DNA of 64,000 nucleotides from an uncultured virus (IMG/VR IMGVR_UViG_2651869679_000001) (taxonomy: Duplodnaviria; Heunggongvirae; Uroviricota; Caudoviricetes), in the IMG/VR virus record IMGVR_UViG_2651869679_000001. One strand, written 5' to 3'. Positions 1 through 10,757 of this stretch are shown piece by piece. A program made the position numbers and the translations under genes. The notes beneath the pieces are model-generated. The model was not told the origin of the DNA. It ran no database searches and worked only from the letters and a program-made list of their open reading frames with translations. How positions within the stretch are numbered: the first letter of the stretch is position 1; each line of letters opens with the position of its first letter.

Positions 1-255
1 CTATTTGAAAATCCCATACTGAACTGCATAAAAAAAGAAGCTTAATAAGGCTCCTACTGATAATCCTATATACCACTTTAAAACAGATACAAGTTGTTTT
101 AATTGATCACAAAGGTTCTCAATTTTAGTATCTATCTTTGATTGATTTTGTTCTATCTTATCAATTCTTTTCCCATGATCATTAAGTCTAATATCATGTA
201 CATTAATTTTTTCTTCTAGTCTTTTATGTTTTTCTTCGCAAACTTTTAACTCCAC
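1..255 (-). CDS. xhlA: XhlA-family haemolysin/holin-associated lysis protein
   Basis: Coiled coil plus C-terminal TM segment (LKWYIGLSVGALLSFFFYAVQ); near-identical to 38102-38356. Confidence 0.85.
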   Translation of the reverse strand: MELKVCEEKHKRLEEKINVHDIRLNDHGKRIDKIEQNQSKIDTKIENLCDQLKQLVSVLKWYIGLSVGALLSFFFYAVQYGIFK

Positions 256-323
256 ATTATACCTCCATTAAATAAAACACATCTTTTGTATATACTTTTA
301 ATCTATAGTCTTTCTTATATTAC

Positions 324-368
324 AAAAAAATTAGAGCAATAGAAATAATATCTCTGCTCTAATTTTTT
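324..368. terminator. Intrinsic terminator, possibly bidirectional
   Basis: AAAAAAATTAGAGCA...TGCTCTAATTTTTT inverted repeat. Confidence 0.7.
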
Positions 369-410
369 ACAATAAAAAAAGACCTATTATTATGGTCATC
401 TTATTTATCT

Positions 411-1655
411 TTATTTACTTTTACACATTGTTAACTTAAATTTATCATCACATAAATCTAGTATTCTATAATCATTACAATTATATTTGATAGATTTATT
501 ATTTTCATCTATATCAACTAATTCAATATTATCTATAACTTCATTAATATCTAATTCAGAATCAGTCTTCCATATTCCATTTTCATCTTTAGACATAGGA
601 AACTCTTTATTATTTAAATTTTGGGTTATTATATTTACATCATCTGCACCATATTTATTGTACCAATTTTCTAATTGAATATTATCTGTAGGTTGTCCAA
701 GATTAATAAAATTTGATTTAGTTGAATAATAATTGTTATGTTGATTAATTAAATATTTGGATATATTATTATAAATAAGGAGTCCATTTTCTCCAACTAT
801 ATATATGTTTTTATTATATGCTTTTATTCTATACAGATTATTAGTGAATTCACTATTTATCATTTCCCATATAACTCCATCATTACTTTTTAGAATTACC
901 CCATTTTCCCCTATAGCATAAAAGGACTCCTTAAAATAAGTAACAGACATTAAATTGTATGTAACATTACTATTTCTTTTTATCCATGAAATTCCATCTG
1001 TAGATGTTGCAATATATCCATTACTTCCAACTGCAACAGTAATAGATTCTTCTTTATTTTTACAAATTCCATACATACTAACACTTGCATGTCTATTAAC
1101 AAAATCATTGATTCCTGTATTTGACGTTCTTATTCCTCCATTTACATTATATTGAGGCTCTCCAGTACCAACAAGAATAAAAACATTTTTAAATTTGATA
1201 ACGTCATTCCCAATTGCTCCAACATTACCAAAGTTTATTTGATTAGACCATGTTACAGCATTATCATTAGAATAAATACACCCTCTTTCCCAAGGATATG
1301 TGCTATGTCGCCAATATACTATAAATCTTGAATTAACATTATCAAATATTATACTTTTCACACTTTTGCCATATGATGTATCATAATCAATTTGCTTTGT
1401 CCAATTAATTCCATCATCAGATATTAGAATTGCCATATTTTCACCTACAGCTACAAACTTCTGAGGATTGCCATCATATATTACATAATATAAATTCTTA
1501 TTATCTATGCTTGCTGGGTTTACTCGCTCTACCCAGTGCATTAAATCTGTAGATGTTGCAATATATCCATTGTTCCCTACTACAACATTTATACCATTAC
1601 CATACGCTATGCATTGTAATGTTTTATTTGTTATGTTTTTTAATGTTAAAGACAC
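411..1655 (-). CDS. Beta-propeller (YCF48/BNR-like) putative receptor-binding protein with shared C-terminal domain
   Basis: Repeated VG.NG.I..S.DG..W blades; C-terminal KYLINQHNNYYS domain; GTG start at 1655 after GGAAGTG. Confidence 0.7.
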   Translation of the reverse strand: MSLTLKNITNKTLQCIAYGNGINVVVGNNGYIATSTDLMHWVERVNPASIDNKNLYYVIYDGNPQKFVAVGENMAILISDDGINWTKQIDYDTSYGKSVKSIIFDNVNSRFIVYWRHSTYPWERGCIYSNDNAVTWSNQINFGNVGAIGNDVIKFKNVFILVGTGEPQYNVNGGIRTSNTGINDFVNRHASVSMYGICKNKEESITVAVGSNGYIATSTDGISWIKRNSNVTYNLMSVTYFKESFYAIGENGVILKSNDGVIWEMINSEFTNNLYRIKAYNKNIYIVGENGLLIYNNISKYLINQHNNYYSTKSNFINLGQPTDNIQLENWYNKYGADDVNIITQNLNNKEFPMSKDENGIWKTDSELDINEVIDNIELVDIDENNKSIKYNCNDYRILDLCDDKFKLTMCKSK

Positions 1656-1723
1656 CTTTATCACTTCCAATCTATTTTTAAAATTATTTTATTTAAAATG
1701 AATATTTTATATCGTTCTCATTA

Positions 1724-3034
1724 TTATTCTTTCATTAACACTTCAAATTTAGCATTATTGATTTCTTTAACTTTATCTGATATTTTATAATTATTGCAGC
1801 CATATTCAATATATTTTTTATCATCTTCTTCTATAAGATTTATACTGTCTTTTATATCATTTAGATTAATATCAAAAGACTTATAATAATCATTTTCTAG
1901 CTTTGTAGGTATTTTTTTACTATTTAGTTCTTTAGTGAGTATAGATATATCATTATAACCATATTCATCTATTATATTGTTGAGCTCTTCGCTATTATCT
2001 ATCTTTCCTAAATCTATATAATTATCATTTATTGAGTAATAGTTACTATTTTGTTTTATTAAATATTTATTAGAAATCATCTCCATCATTTCTAATTCTC
2101 CAATTCCACCATATGTTGTAGATTGAGAATAATAGCTATTCATAATTAAAATTTTATAATAATTATATTTAACAGAGTTTTTAAATGTATATGATGCCTT
2201 TGTAGTATTAAATTCTCCAAAAGGATGTAATCCAGTATATAAATCAACATAAGTATCATCATCATTACTTCCTTGTATTTTAAAATTTTTTATACTTACA
2301 GATGCATTTACACCATTTCTAATTGTTATTTTAGATACACATCTTGCTTTATCTTTAAAAAATATTTTTAGCCAGTGTCCACCTATTGGTTGTGACTGAT
2401 TTTCAAAATTCCATCCAGTATTTACAGTATTATCAAAAGCTAAAAAACCATAGTTTCTAAATCCATTATTACCTATATAATAAGCTGAACATGAAATTTT
2501 CACTTCATCATTTTCATCACTTGTCATTACTGGAATGATATTATTAGCATACTTTTTTGATGATGATATACTAGGGTCATAAGGTTTTAATTCTCCATTT
2601 TCATCTATATCTATAGAATCAAATACTATACCATATTTTGAAGCATTACTATTATTACTATACATTTGCACATAATGCTCTTTATTTGTTAAATTTAACA
2701 ATTCAAAATTTAAACAACCTTGTGTTAATGTTGAGGTATTTTGAGAAAAATTATATTCTATATTATCTATATTTATAAAGCAATTTTCAGCACCTGTTGT
2801 ATTTTTCAAACCCATTATTCTTATTTTAGAACCTATAAAGTTAAAACTTATTGTATGACTATTTTTACTAGAGGCTATTCCTATATCTATATAGGTGTCT
2901 GTTCCTAAATAATATTGAGTAGATGAATAAGAACCTTTGACCCAATTCCCAACATAACTAATATTTTCATTTCTATCATCATATCTTTTCCATCCACTTT
3001 CCGGTTGTAATAATTGTTCTCCTATTGTAGCCAT
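1724..3034 (-). CDS. Carbohydrate-binding (discoidin/F5-8-like) putative receptor-binding protein
   Basis: AFDN...W, FKIQGSND..YVDL, YYKILI, IGELEM discoidin motifs; same C-terminal KYLIKQN domain. Confidence 0.7.
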   Translation of the reverse strand: MATIGEQLLQPESGWKRYDDRNENISYVGNWVKGSYSSTQYYLGTDTYIDIGIASSKNSHTISFNFIGSKIRIMGLKNTTGAENCFINIDNIEYNFSQNTSTLTQGCLNFELLNLTNKEHYVQMYSNNSNASKYGIVFDSIDIDENGELKPYDPSISSSKKYANNIIPVMTSDENDEVKISCSAYYIGNNGFRNYGFLAFDNTVNTGWNFENQSQPIGGHWLKIFFKDKARCVSKITIRNGVNASVSIKNFKIQGSNDDDTYVDLYTGLHPFGEFNTTKASYTFKNSVKYNYYKILIMNSYYSQSTTYGGIGELEMMEMISNKYLIKQNSNYYSINDNYIDLGKIDNSEELNNIIDEYGYNDISILTKELNSKKIPTKLENDYYKSFDINLNDIKDSINLIEEDDKKYIEYGCNNYKISDKVKEINNAKFEVLMKE

Positions 3035-3047
3035 CCTATATCACCTC

Positions 3048-4592
3048 CTACACTTCCTTAAATAATATATTACAAATATCACTATTTTTCTTTAATTTAT
3101 CTATTGGTCTAAAGGGAATTATCTCTGTTTCTAAACTGACATCAGTTTTACTCATATCATCTGTCCACATTAAAAGTTTAAGATTAGACTTATCTGGAAA
3201 AGCAATGTTCCATTGTCCTTCTGTAATTACTGTCGTATTTGTAAAACCATTATTTATAAAATTATTCTGATCAATAAACTGTGAGTCAGAAAGTAAAATT
3301 TCTTTTCCATTAAATGAATATATTTGGTTATTGCAATATATAAGATATTTAATATTTTTTGTTTTAAACAAATTAAATTGTTGTATTGTAAAATTACCAC
3401 CACCATGTGCACCACTTATATTAATTTTATTTATTTTTTTAATATTATTCAAAATAGTTACTTTTCCATTATAATTTGTGGTATCTGAAAATGTTGTTCC
3501 ATCAAAAAAATAAACTGTAATTTTTGCATTATTTAAAACTTTTGTTTGTAATTTATAATAAACGTCCTCTACTATATTAAATATGAAGCCACCATTACCC
3601 ATACCATTTGTCCACGGTAATGACACTTTATTAGACCACATATCATTGGTAACTTCAAATTCTTTAGGTATTGGTTGTGAGTTTATTTTTTTTATAAAAT
3701 TATTTAACTCAATTTCAAAATACTTTCCACTACCTAAACTCCCCTTATCAATTCCATTAACAACTTGAGTATCTATAGTTTGGGTTAATAAATCTAAGTC
3801 ATATATACCGTAAGTTTCAAAATCAGCTTGAGTTAATATCTCTTTTCCTTCTAATTCTGTAATAGGCTCATAATTGTCATTTTTATAAAATTCAGATTTA
3901 ATCGTATAATATTGGTTATTTTGCTTGATTAAGTATTTATTATAGCCGTAAGGTGTCGTTGGTGGAGTGAAGTTACTTGTCCATCTAGCGATACCTTTAG
4001 ATATTCTAACTTCATCCATATATCCTTTAAATTTATGTTTATCTATTAATCCACCTATATGAGAATCATTTCCATTGGTAGCTATTGATAAAGATGAATC
4101 TCCAATAGAAGTGATCACTCCGTTGACAGCAATGCTAAAATTGTTTCCATTTCTAATTAATGCAACATGATACCATTGATTTGCAATCATACTAACAGGT
4201 ATAGAAAGATTGCTTATAATATTCCAAGATGTATTATCAGAAGTTGCAGAGACACCTAAACCACCACTTGAATTAACCATAAAACTAATACTACCATAGT
4301 TAGCATTACCATTTCTTTTATCGTATAACATATAATAAGTATTACTAAGTGGCAAACTATCCATTCTAATCCACATATCTATGGTAAAACTATCATTCCT
4401 GAACTCGAAATCGGCATTATTAGTAATAGTTAAATTACTATTACTATTAAAATATGCGCTTCCATCTCCAAACTTTTTATTATTTGTATCAAATATTACA
4501 CCATTATTAGATATGACATGTCTCATTTTATCATTAAAACTGTTATCATCCATATGCAATAATAATTTAGTATATTGATCTATTCCAGTCAT
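3048..4592 (-). CDS. LamG/concanavalin-A-like putative receptor-binding protein
   Basis: FTIDMWI, WYHVALIRNG, FKGYMDEVRISKGIARWTSNFTPPT LamG motifs followed by KYLIKQN segment. Confidence 0.75.
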   Translation of the reverse strand: MTGIDQYTKLLLHMDDNSFNDKMRHVISNNGVIFDTNNKKFGDGSAYFNSNSNLTITNNADFEFRNDSFTIDMWIRMDSLPLSNTYYMLYDKRNGNANYGSISFMVNSSGGLGVSATSDNTSWNIISNLSIPVSMIANQWYHVALIRNGNNFSIAVNGVITSIGDSSLSIATNGNDSHIGGLIDKHKFKGYMDEVRISKGIARWTSNFTPPTTPYGYNKYLIKQNNQYYTIKSEFYKNDNYEPITELEGKEILTQADFETYGIYDLDLLTQTIDTQVVNGIDKGSLGSGKYFEIELNNFIKKINSQPIPKEFEVTNDMWSNKVSLPWTNGMGNGGFIFNIVEDVYYKLQTKVLNNAKITVYFFDGTTFSDTTNYNGKVTILNNIKKINKINISGAHGGGNFTIQQFNLFKTKNIKYLIYCNNQIYSFNGKEILLSDSQFIDQNNFINNGFTNTTVITEGQWNIAFPDKSNLKLLMWTDDMSKTDVSLETEIIPFRPIDKLKKNSDICNILFKEV

Positions 4593-4645
4593 ATATAACA
4601 CTTCCAATCTATTTAAAATCTATCATTTATCATAATTTCTAATAT

Positions 4646-4677
4646 AAAAACTGAGTGACCCAAAATAGCACTCAGTT
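4646..4677 (-). terminator. Intrinsic terminator before the RBP cassettes
   Basis: AACTGAGTG...CACTCAGTT stem with A-run on plus strand (U-tract on minus). Confidence 0.6.
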
Positions 4678-5761
4678 AATAATTAATTTTAATATCTCCA
4701 CTAAATTTACATTCTACTTGTAGTAATGTATTACTAGCGTAAATAACTTCATACAAGTCTTCTTTAACTTGTTTCCACCTTCCAACACCATCATATTGCA
4801 AATCTAGTTTATCTATCCCTTCCATATCTGTTATACCATTCATGCTGAATAAATAAGCAAATCTTATCTTTTTAGTAGTAACTAATTCATTCCAAAACAC
4901 ATCATTAATAGCATTAAAAGTAGTAATATTCATCCCATTTTTCCTTACATCATCTATAGTTAAATTAACATTTACCCATTTTTCTCCACTAAATGTTTTC
5001 CATGTGTTACCGCTATCTACACTACAAACTATTCTTATATTGTTACCGTTAGCAGTTAGTTTAAAATAATCTATATGATCTACATTGCTTAAATTCATAT
5101 CACCTTTTGGAATAAGTAAACGATCAAATGGAATAGCCTTTGTCTTTAATTTTTGAATGACTCCATCTTCAAAGGTTTCAAAACTTTCTATTTTTTTAAA
5201 TAATGTTTTATCTACATTAACACTATATTCAGTAAAACTTTCTGTATCTTTAATAACTTCAAAATCACTTATATGATTTGTTTCTAAATGTGCTTTACCA
5301 TCAAAGGTCATCATTCTATCGTCATTAAAATCATTACTTTCATCATTAGTAAATTCATTTTTAACTGCTATTAAATCCTGTGTATTTTCTGTATCATATC
5401 TCAAAACATTCACACGAGGCACTTTAAAATCTACTGTGTTAACAGGGATGTTAACGATTCTAGGTGTTTCAGCACTTCCCACTATACCCATTTTCGATAT
5501 TTGTTTCATCCCTGCGCCAACTATTTCTCCTGCATCTACCCCATCAATAGTTGTAAACTTTCCTGTTTCCTCTGAATAGGCTACTAATTGTTTATTTTTC
5601 TTATTAGTAACATCTACATCCTCTAACTCCTCAAATTTTGTAATTCTTTTATCTATTATTTCCTTTTGTATTTTCTCACTTGACCATCCAGTTCTATTAG
5701 AAATTACACTATCATCTAAAATTATATCCTTGTCCAAGGTTACATTAAAAAATTCACTCAT
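4676..5761 (-). CDS. Tail-tip structural protein (MSEFFNVTL N-terminal family)
   Basis: 361-aa ORF in tail operon; N-terminus paralogous to 7070-7567. Confidence 0.55.
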   Translation of the reverse strand: MSEFFNVTLDKDIILDDSVISNRTGWSSEKIQKEIIDKRITKFEELEDVDVTNKKNKQLVAYSEETGKFTTIDGVDAGEIVGAGMKQISKMGIVGSAETPRIVNIPVNTVDFKVPRVNVLRYDTENTQDLIAVKNEFTNDESNDFNDDRMMTFDGKAHLETNHISDFEVIKDTESFTEYSVNVDKTLFKKIESFETFEDGVIQKLKTKAIPFDRLLIPKGDMNLSNVDHIDYFKLTANGNNIRIVCSVDSGNTWKTFSGEKWVNVNLTIDDVRKNGMNITTFNAINDVFWNELVTTKKIRFAYLFSMNGITDMEGIDKLDLQYDGVGRWKQVKEDLYEVIYASNTLLQVECKFSGDIKINY

Positions 5762-5809
5762 TAACCCATCTCCTATTTGTTAATTTAATAGATATGCTAT
5801 TTATACAAA

Positions 5810-6094
5810 TCACAATTTAATATTTTTATTAGCATATTTATTTAAAACTCTTTCTCTAGGTATTCTCTTAAAAGGTACTATATAAAAATCTTTAGTATTT
5901 ATTCCTTTTCTTACTCTTGTTATAGTACCTTTTTGGGGTATCATATAATTAATAATGGATCCTTTTCTCTTTCTTAATATAACACCATCTTGTGGCATTA
6001 TATAGTCATTAATGTGACCATTATTTGAGGTAGTATCTCTTTTAGCTGATATTATTATTAAATTGGGTTGTATATACCCATAATATACTTCCAT
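5810..6094 (-). CDS. Hypothetical basic protein with internal repeat
   Basis: 94-aa ORF with RBS; YIMPQDG/YMIPQKG repeat. Confidence 0.6.
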   Translation of the reverse strand: MEVYYGYIQPNLIIISAKRDTTSNNGHINDYIMPQDGVILRKRKGSIINYMIPQKGTITRVRKGINTKDFYIVPFKRIPRERVLNKYANKNIKL

Positions 6095-6108
6095 TAGCTT
6101 CTACCTCC

Positions 6109-7038
6109 TTAAATCTTTATCGCGATACAACTAACATTTGATAAAGAATTATAATAGTATATATTTCCCTCTCCTATATTGCTAGCAGTATTAAGTAAAT
6201 ACTGAGAAAGATTGAATACTTTATAATCATCTCCATTTATTTTAACTATATCACCATTAACTATATTAGTATTTGGCAAACCATATATTCCGTCAAAAAT
6301 GCCCAAAAATCCAGTATTTGGCACATTATTATTTAAATTATCTGCCATTAAATAAATTGGATTTAATAAATATATCCCCATAGGTGTTGGATTTACACTA
6401 TTGAGTTGGCAAAAAGTATTAGAAAATTTGTTGTACTGGCTTCCAGTCCCCGTTGCACCAGGAGCTTTATGCCAATATGCCATTTTTCCAGGAGCTCCAC
6501 CTAGATTAGAAGCAGCTATAAATTGATTGGTATATTCCTTTCCTTCCAAATTAGTATTTATATCTGGATATCCAATATATATACAATTAGGATATGTTAT
6601 CATTGAAACAGTATGAAGCTCAATTATTATTAGTATTCTATAGTCAAGTATATCTATATAGTAATCATATAGCGTATCCGGATTATGATTTTGTATATTG
6701 CTTGGAGTAAAAAGAACTTTATTCACTATTCCCATTTGTGTAAAAGTTCCATTTTCTCCTTCAGTATTACTAGGAATATAGTTATCGCTTAACCATATAT
6801 ATAAATGATTTCCTGATATTTTAGGATCGCTTAAATCTGGACTTTTTAGTCTCATAAATACATTTTCTTTTTTATAACCTATTTTAGGACTTTTAAAAAC
6901 CCATCCATCATTACCATTAACTATATAATCATTTGTTTTATTGCTTGAAATTTCAGTCCAATTTGAACCTGGGGATAAAATTGCTTTATATATCTCTGTC
7001 ATTAAATCTTTTTTTGCACAAGTTCCTTTTACTAACAT
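6109..7038 (-). CDS. Putative tail-associated structural protein
   Basis: 309-aa beta-rich ORF in tail operon. Confidence 0.5.
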   Translation of the reverse strand: MLVKGTCAKKDLMTEIYKAILSPGSNWTEISSNKTNDYIVNGNDGWVFKSPKIGYKKENVFMRLKSPDLSDPKISGNHLYIWLSDNYIPSNTEGENGTFTQMGIVNKVLFTPSNIQNHNPDTLYDYYIDILDYRILIIIELHTVSMITYPNCIYIGYPDINTNLEGKEYTNQFIAASNLGGAPGKMAYWHKAPGATGTGSQYNKFSNTFCQLNSVNPTPMGIYLLNPIYLMADNLNNNVPNTGFLGIFDGIYGLPNTNIVNGDIVKINGDDYKVFNLSQYLLNTASNIGEGNIYYYNSLSNVSCIAIKI

Positions 7039-7069
7039 TAAAAATCATCCTCTCTTTATAAAATTCAAT

Positions 7070-7567
7070 TTAATCATTTGAATTAATCTCTAAGCCTAAA
7101 ATTTTTATATTTAAAATTACTGGAGAATTTTGATTTGAATTTATCATTTGTGTATGAAGTTTATTCTCTTTGTTTTCTTTTTCATCCTTGTCTTGGTAGG
7201 GAATAAATACACTATCTGTGTAATGAGAAACTCTATTTGTGTCATACAATAAAAATCCATTTATAGACTTATCAAAAATCTTAAATTTAAAATAGCTGCC
7301 ATCAGCTATATCTAAATAAAGTGTAGTTATTATAAAAGAATTTTCTCCTAAATCATAATCTTTATCTATAATTCCACCAGGCTCTATATTTACGACATCA
7401 TTTATCTCCATATACTTCAAACCTGAACCATCACCTCTTTGTGAACTATTAGTATAGTTTAAAATTTGCTCCATAATTTGTTCACTACTCCAAGTTGTAA
7501 TTCTTGAGATTTTACTATCATCAATAACTACATCTTTAGATAAAGTAACATTAAAAAATTCACTCAT
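7070..7567 (-). CDS. Tail-tip protein (MSEFFNVTL N-terminal family)
   Basis: Start at 7567 after AGGGGTG; paralogous N-terminus to 4676-5761. Confidence 0.55.
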   Translation of the reverse strand: MSEFFNVTLSKDVVIDDSKISRITTWSSEQIMEQILNYTNSSQRGDGSGLKYMEINDVVNIEPGGIIDKDYDLGENSFIITTLYLDIADGSYFKFKIFDKSINGFLLYDTNRVSHYTDSVFIPYQDKDEKENKENKLHTQMINSNQNSPVILNIKILGLEINSND

Positions 7568-7577
7568 ATAGTCACCC

Positions 7578-8585
7578 CTATTCATTGATAACTAAGTGAA
7601 AATCCCTAACTGCAAAATTATGATTTTCTGCATTTTTAGTTATTTTTACATGTATATCTTTACTTTCACTCTTTTTTATATTATCTATAATTAGATAATC
7701 TGTATAATTTACACCATCAATAGACAACTGAATTAGATCATTACTCGGTGTCTCTGTCCCTATTTTAATATTTATATAATCCTTATCCCCTATATTTTTA
7801 ATTGTTATTAATTCTTCTAGATCCTGTAGCATAGCTGGGTTAATATTAGTTACAACATTTCCATGATAAATTATTTCAAAATTATATGGACTAAATACCC
7901 AAATATCACCGTATTGTACACGGAAAGCATTACTTGTATATATTACTTTTCCATCCGTATCTTTAAATATAAAATATCCTTCTGTGTTACCATCTACAAA
8001 AATTTTACATTCCATATCTGAATTAAATAATCTAGACTTAATTAATTTGTTATCTAAATCATATAATTCGCACAAAGTATTTTCTGGGAAATTCTGAATA
8101 GTTACATAAGGGTTAGAATAAACTTTATAGTTGTTTAATATAAAGTCTTCATCACTATACTTCATGAAGCCTTGCTTTGTAAGTGGCTCTATAAATTCCA
8201 TACCACCTATATTTATATAACTTTGACCATCATTACTTGAATAAGCTTGTATATAATTGTCTTTCTTAAGTATTTTCCAATATCTATTTTGTTCATTTGA
8301 TTTTAAATCCTTAACACCAAAAATATAATCACTATTACCTAAATAAAGCATAGAATAATCCATATCTTTCATATCACTGAAATTTTCTTTTTCAACTTCA
8401 ACAACAAACTCTTTATAATCAAATTTTCTTTCCATTTTATTATTACTTATTAATTTTAATTTACCTGTTTTAATGTCTCTAGTTATATTACTTTCTCCTG
8501 CAAAATCAGAAAAAGAAGAAGCCAAGAAAAAATTCTCAGCTTCTAATAATCCATTTTTAACTTGTATAAGTTTCATTAAGATCAC
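7578..8585 (-). CDS. Putative tail-tip protein with concanavalin-like fold
   Basis: 335 aa; YWKILKK..IQAYSSNDG.SY motif. Confidence 0.5.
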   Translation of the reverse strand: MILMKLIQVKNGLLEAENFFLASSFSDFAGESNITRDIKTGKLKLISNNKMERKFDYKEFVVEVEKENFSDMKDMDYSMLYLGNSDYIFGVKDLKSNEQNRYWKILKKDNYIQAYSSNDGQSYINIGGMEFIEPLTKQGFMKYSDEDFILNNYKVYSNPYVTIQNFPENTLCELYDLDNKLIKSRLFNSDMECKIFVDGNTEGYFIFKDTDGKVIYTSNAFRVQYGDIWVFSPYNFEIIYHGNVVTNINPAMLQDLEELITIKNIGDKDYINIKIGTETPSNDLIQLSIDGVNYTDYLIIDNIKKSESKDIHVKITKNAENHNFAVRDFHLVINE

Positions 8586-8587
8586 CT

Positions 8588-8842
8588 CTAAACTCTAGGC
8601 TGCATTATATAATCATATGGTACAAACTCAACTATTTGTATATCTTTAGTTCCTATACCATTTGCCAATAATGTATGTGCTTCTTCTAATGCATCTTCAT
8701 AACAATTAGTAGCATAAGATGTCAATTCTGCTCCATTTTGATCTGTTTCATGTCCATATGGTAATTGGGCTAAAGTTTTATTTTTTAAAACACCCCACAT
8801 CTTTTGTCTAGTTTTTTTAAAATCTATTGTGCTTGTTAACAT
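8588..8842 (-). CDS. Hypothetical protein in tail operon
   Basis: 84-aa ORF with GGAGG RBS, tightly packed. Confidence 0.6.
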   Translation of the reverse strand: MLTSTIDFKKTRQKMWGVLKNKTLAQLPYGHETDQNGAELTSYATNCYEDALEEAHTLLANGIGTKDIQIVEFVPYDYIMQPRV

Positions 8843-8847
8843 ACTAT

Positions 8848-10743
8848 CTACCTCCCCAATATATTTTTCTTTTCAAAGTTTTGTACTTCTATCATGTAAT
8901 TTCTTTTACCCTTCAGTTTATCTAAATCTCTCATAATATCACCATTAGTTGCTACTTTATTAAATTTTCTTTCAATATCCATAGCTTTTGGATTATACCA
9001 AATTGGAACTAAATTAAAATAATGCTGTTTCATATAATCTATTAAATTAGCTATGAGTAATCCTATGGCTTGTAATCCATCTCCAATATTACAGAAATAT
9101 ACCTTTTCAGCTTCCCATCTAATCCATCTGTATGCCCTAATATAATCTATATTTGGACTTGATGTATCTAAAGTATACCAATCATAAATCAATTCCATTA
9201 TAAATTGGATAGATTCTTTACCTGTACAACTTAACCAAGATTGTGTATTTTTATGCCATATCATTATTAAAATATTTGTTAAATCTAATATTATTTCAAT
9301 ACTAATTGTCATAGGCGGAATGTTATAATCCACTCCCCAATCTTTACCCCATTCGATAGGATGATTATTAAATCTTAGATATTCATAATCTAAATTATTT
9401 AATAGATCATTATTATATATATAATCTTTATTAGGAACAATTATCTTATCTGTTGGATTTGTAGGTTTTAACCACCACCATCTTTTGGTTATTTCAATAA
9501 ACTTATTTTTATTAGGTGTATATATTTGTCTTATAGCTTCATTATTTAAATATTTATTACTTTGTCTATAAATTTGCCATATACTTAAATTTAATAGATC
9601 TATTTCTATCTGCTTATAAATATTAATTACAGGGCTATTACCTAAATATTTTTCATTATGTTTAAATATATTAGTTGTATATTCTCTATCTAAATATCTA
9701 TTATTATATTTAAATATATCTCTTATAGCCTGTCTATCTAAATACCTGTTGATACTTTTATCTATAAATTTAAATACATCTTTATAAAAATATTCTTTAT
9801 TATGGTCTTTGCAGATTTCTTTATGTGCTATTTTATTTAATGCATTTTTAATTCTATATTTTTCTATATCCTTTAGAGCTATATTATACATTAACATGGT
9901 TTTATAATTTCTATCTATATCTTTTAAATCTAATATTTTTAAATTGTTTATACTTGTATCTATATCTATTCCAATTATAATATCTTTGTTTAACATTGTT
10001 TTATTACTCATTTTAGCTGCTTCTTTTAAATTACACTTATCTATAAATCTATAATTGTTTTTATTTATATTTTTAGTTCTATATTTTTTAACAAACTTAA
10101 ACTTATCCATATATATACTCTTACAATAACTCTTATTAAAATAGTATCTAACATTTTTTTCTATATTTATATACTTCTCTAGTTTTAAATTATTTAAAGA
10201 TTTATCTTTGAATATTTCTTTTTCTACTATCAAATCTGCATATATACTTTTGGATTTATTCAGTTGTAGATTTTCTCTATCTATAGATAAATTTATTAAA
10301 TTATCAGCTTTATTTAGCTGCAACATTTCTCTTTCCAATAACTTATTGTTATAACATATAGATATATCTGTATTTTTTCTTATATCAAGTTCCTTACTTG
10401 TTTTTCTATTTATATCTATATCCTTTATTTTATCTAAAGATATAGCATTGTTCTTATTTATTTCTTTATTTTTTAATTTTAACTCTTTTTCAAATTCTTT
10501 TTTTATATCAGTAATTTCCTTGGATATATATTTATTCTTTTCTTTCTCTATATTATCTTTAGGTTCCTTATAAAATAATTTATCTCCTTTAATTTTATCT
10601 ATTTCACCCATTGTTTCTTTGTAAAATAATTTTTCTGTAGTTTTTGCTACTTTTTCTGTAGTATCATATATAAAAGTTCCACTAGAAAAAGTAGTATCCC
10701 CTACATATTTAAAACTACATAGGGGTATTTTATGTAGGGGCAT
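8848..10743 (-). CDS. Putative fibre/shaft-like structural protein with degenerate repeats
   Basis: 631 aa; long Lys/Ile/Asn-rich quasi-repetitive middle and a Trp-rich C-terminal domain. Confidence 0.5.
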   Translation of the reverse strand: MPLHKIPLCSFKYVGDTTFSSGTFIYDTTEKVAKTTEKLFYKETMGEIDKIKGDKLFYKEPKDNIEKEKNKYISKEITDIKKEFEKELKLKNKEINKNNAISLDKIKDIDINRKTSKELDIRKNTDISICYNNKLLEREMLQLNKADNLINLSIDRENLQLNKSKSIYADLIVEKEIFKDKSLNNLKLEKYINIEKNVRYYFNKSYCKSIYMDKFKFVKKYRTKNINKNNYRFIDKCNLKEAAKMSNKTMLNKDIIIGIDIDTSINNLKILDLKDIDRNYKTMLMYNIALKDIEKYRIKNALNKIAHKEICKDHNKEYFYKDVFKFIDKSINRYLDRQAIRDIFKYNNRYLDREYTTNIFKHNEKYLGNSPVINIYKQIEIDLLNLSIWQIYRQSNKYLNNEAIRQIYTPNKNKFIEITKRWWWLKPTNPTDKIIVPNKDYIYNNDLLNNLDYEYLRFNNHPIEWGKDWGVDYNIPPMTISIEIILDLTNILIMIWHKNTQSWLSCTGKESIQFIMELIYDWYTLDTSSPNIDYIRAYRWIRWEAEKVYFCNIGDGLQAIGLLIANLIDYMKQHYFNLVPIWYNPKAMDIERKFNKVATNGDIMRDLDKLKGKRNYMIEVQNFEKKNILGR

Positions 10744-10757
10744 TTATACCACCTCTC

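Noticed and set aside
411..4607. Diversity-generating retroelement or invertase shufflon acting on the RBP cassettes
   Set aside because: No reverse transcriptase, template/variable repeat pair, invertase or inverted cassettes in the window
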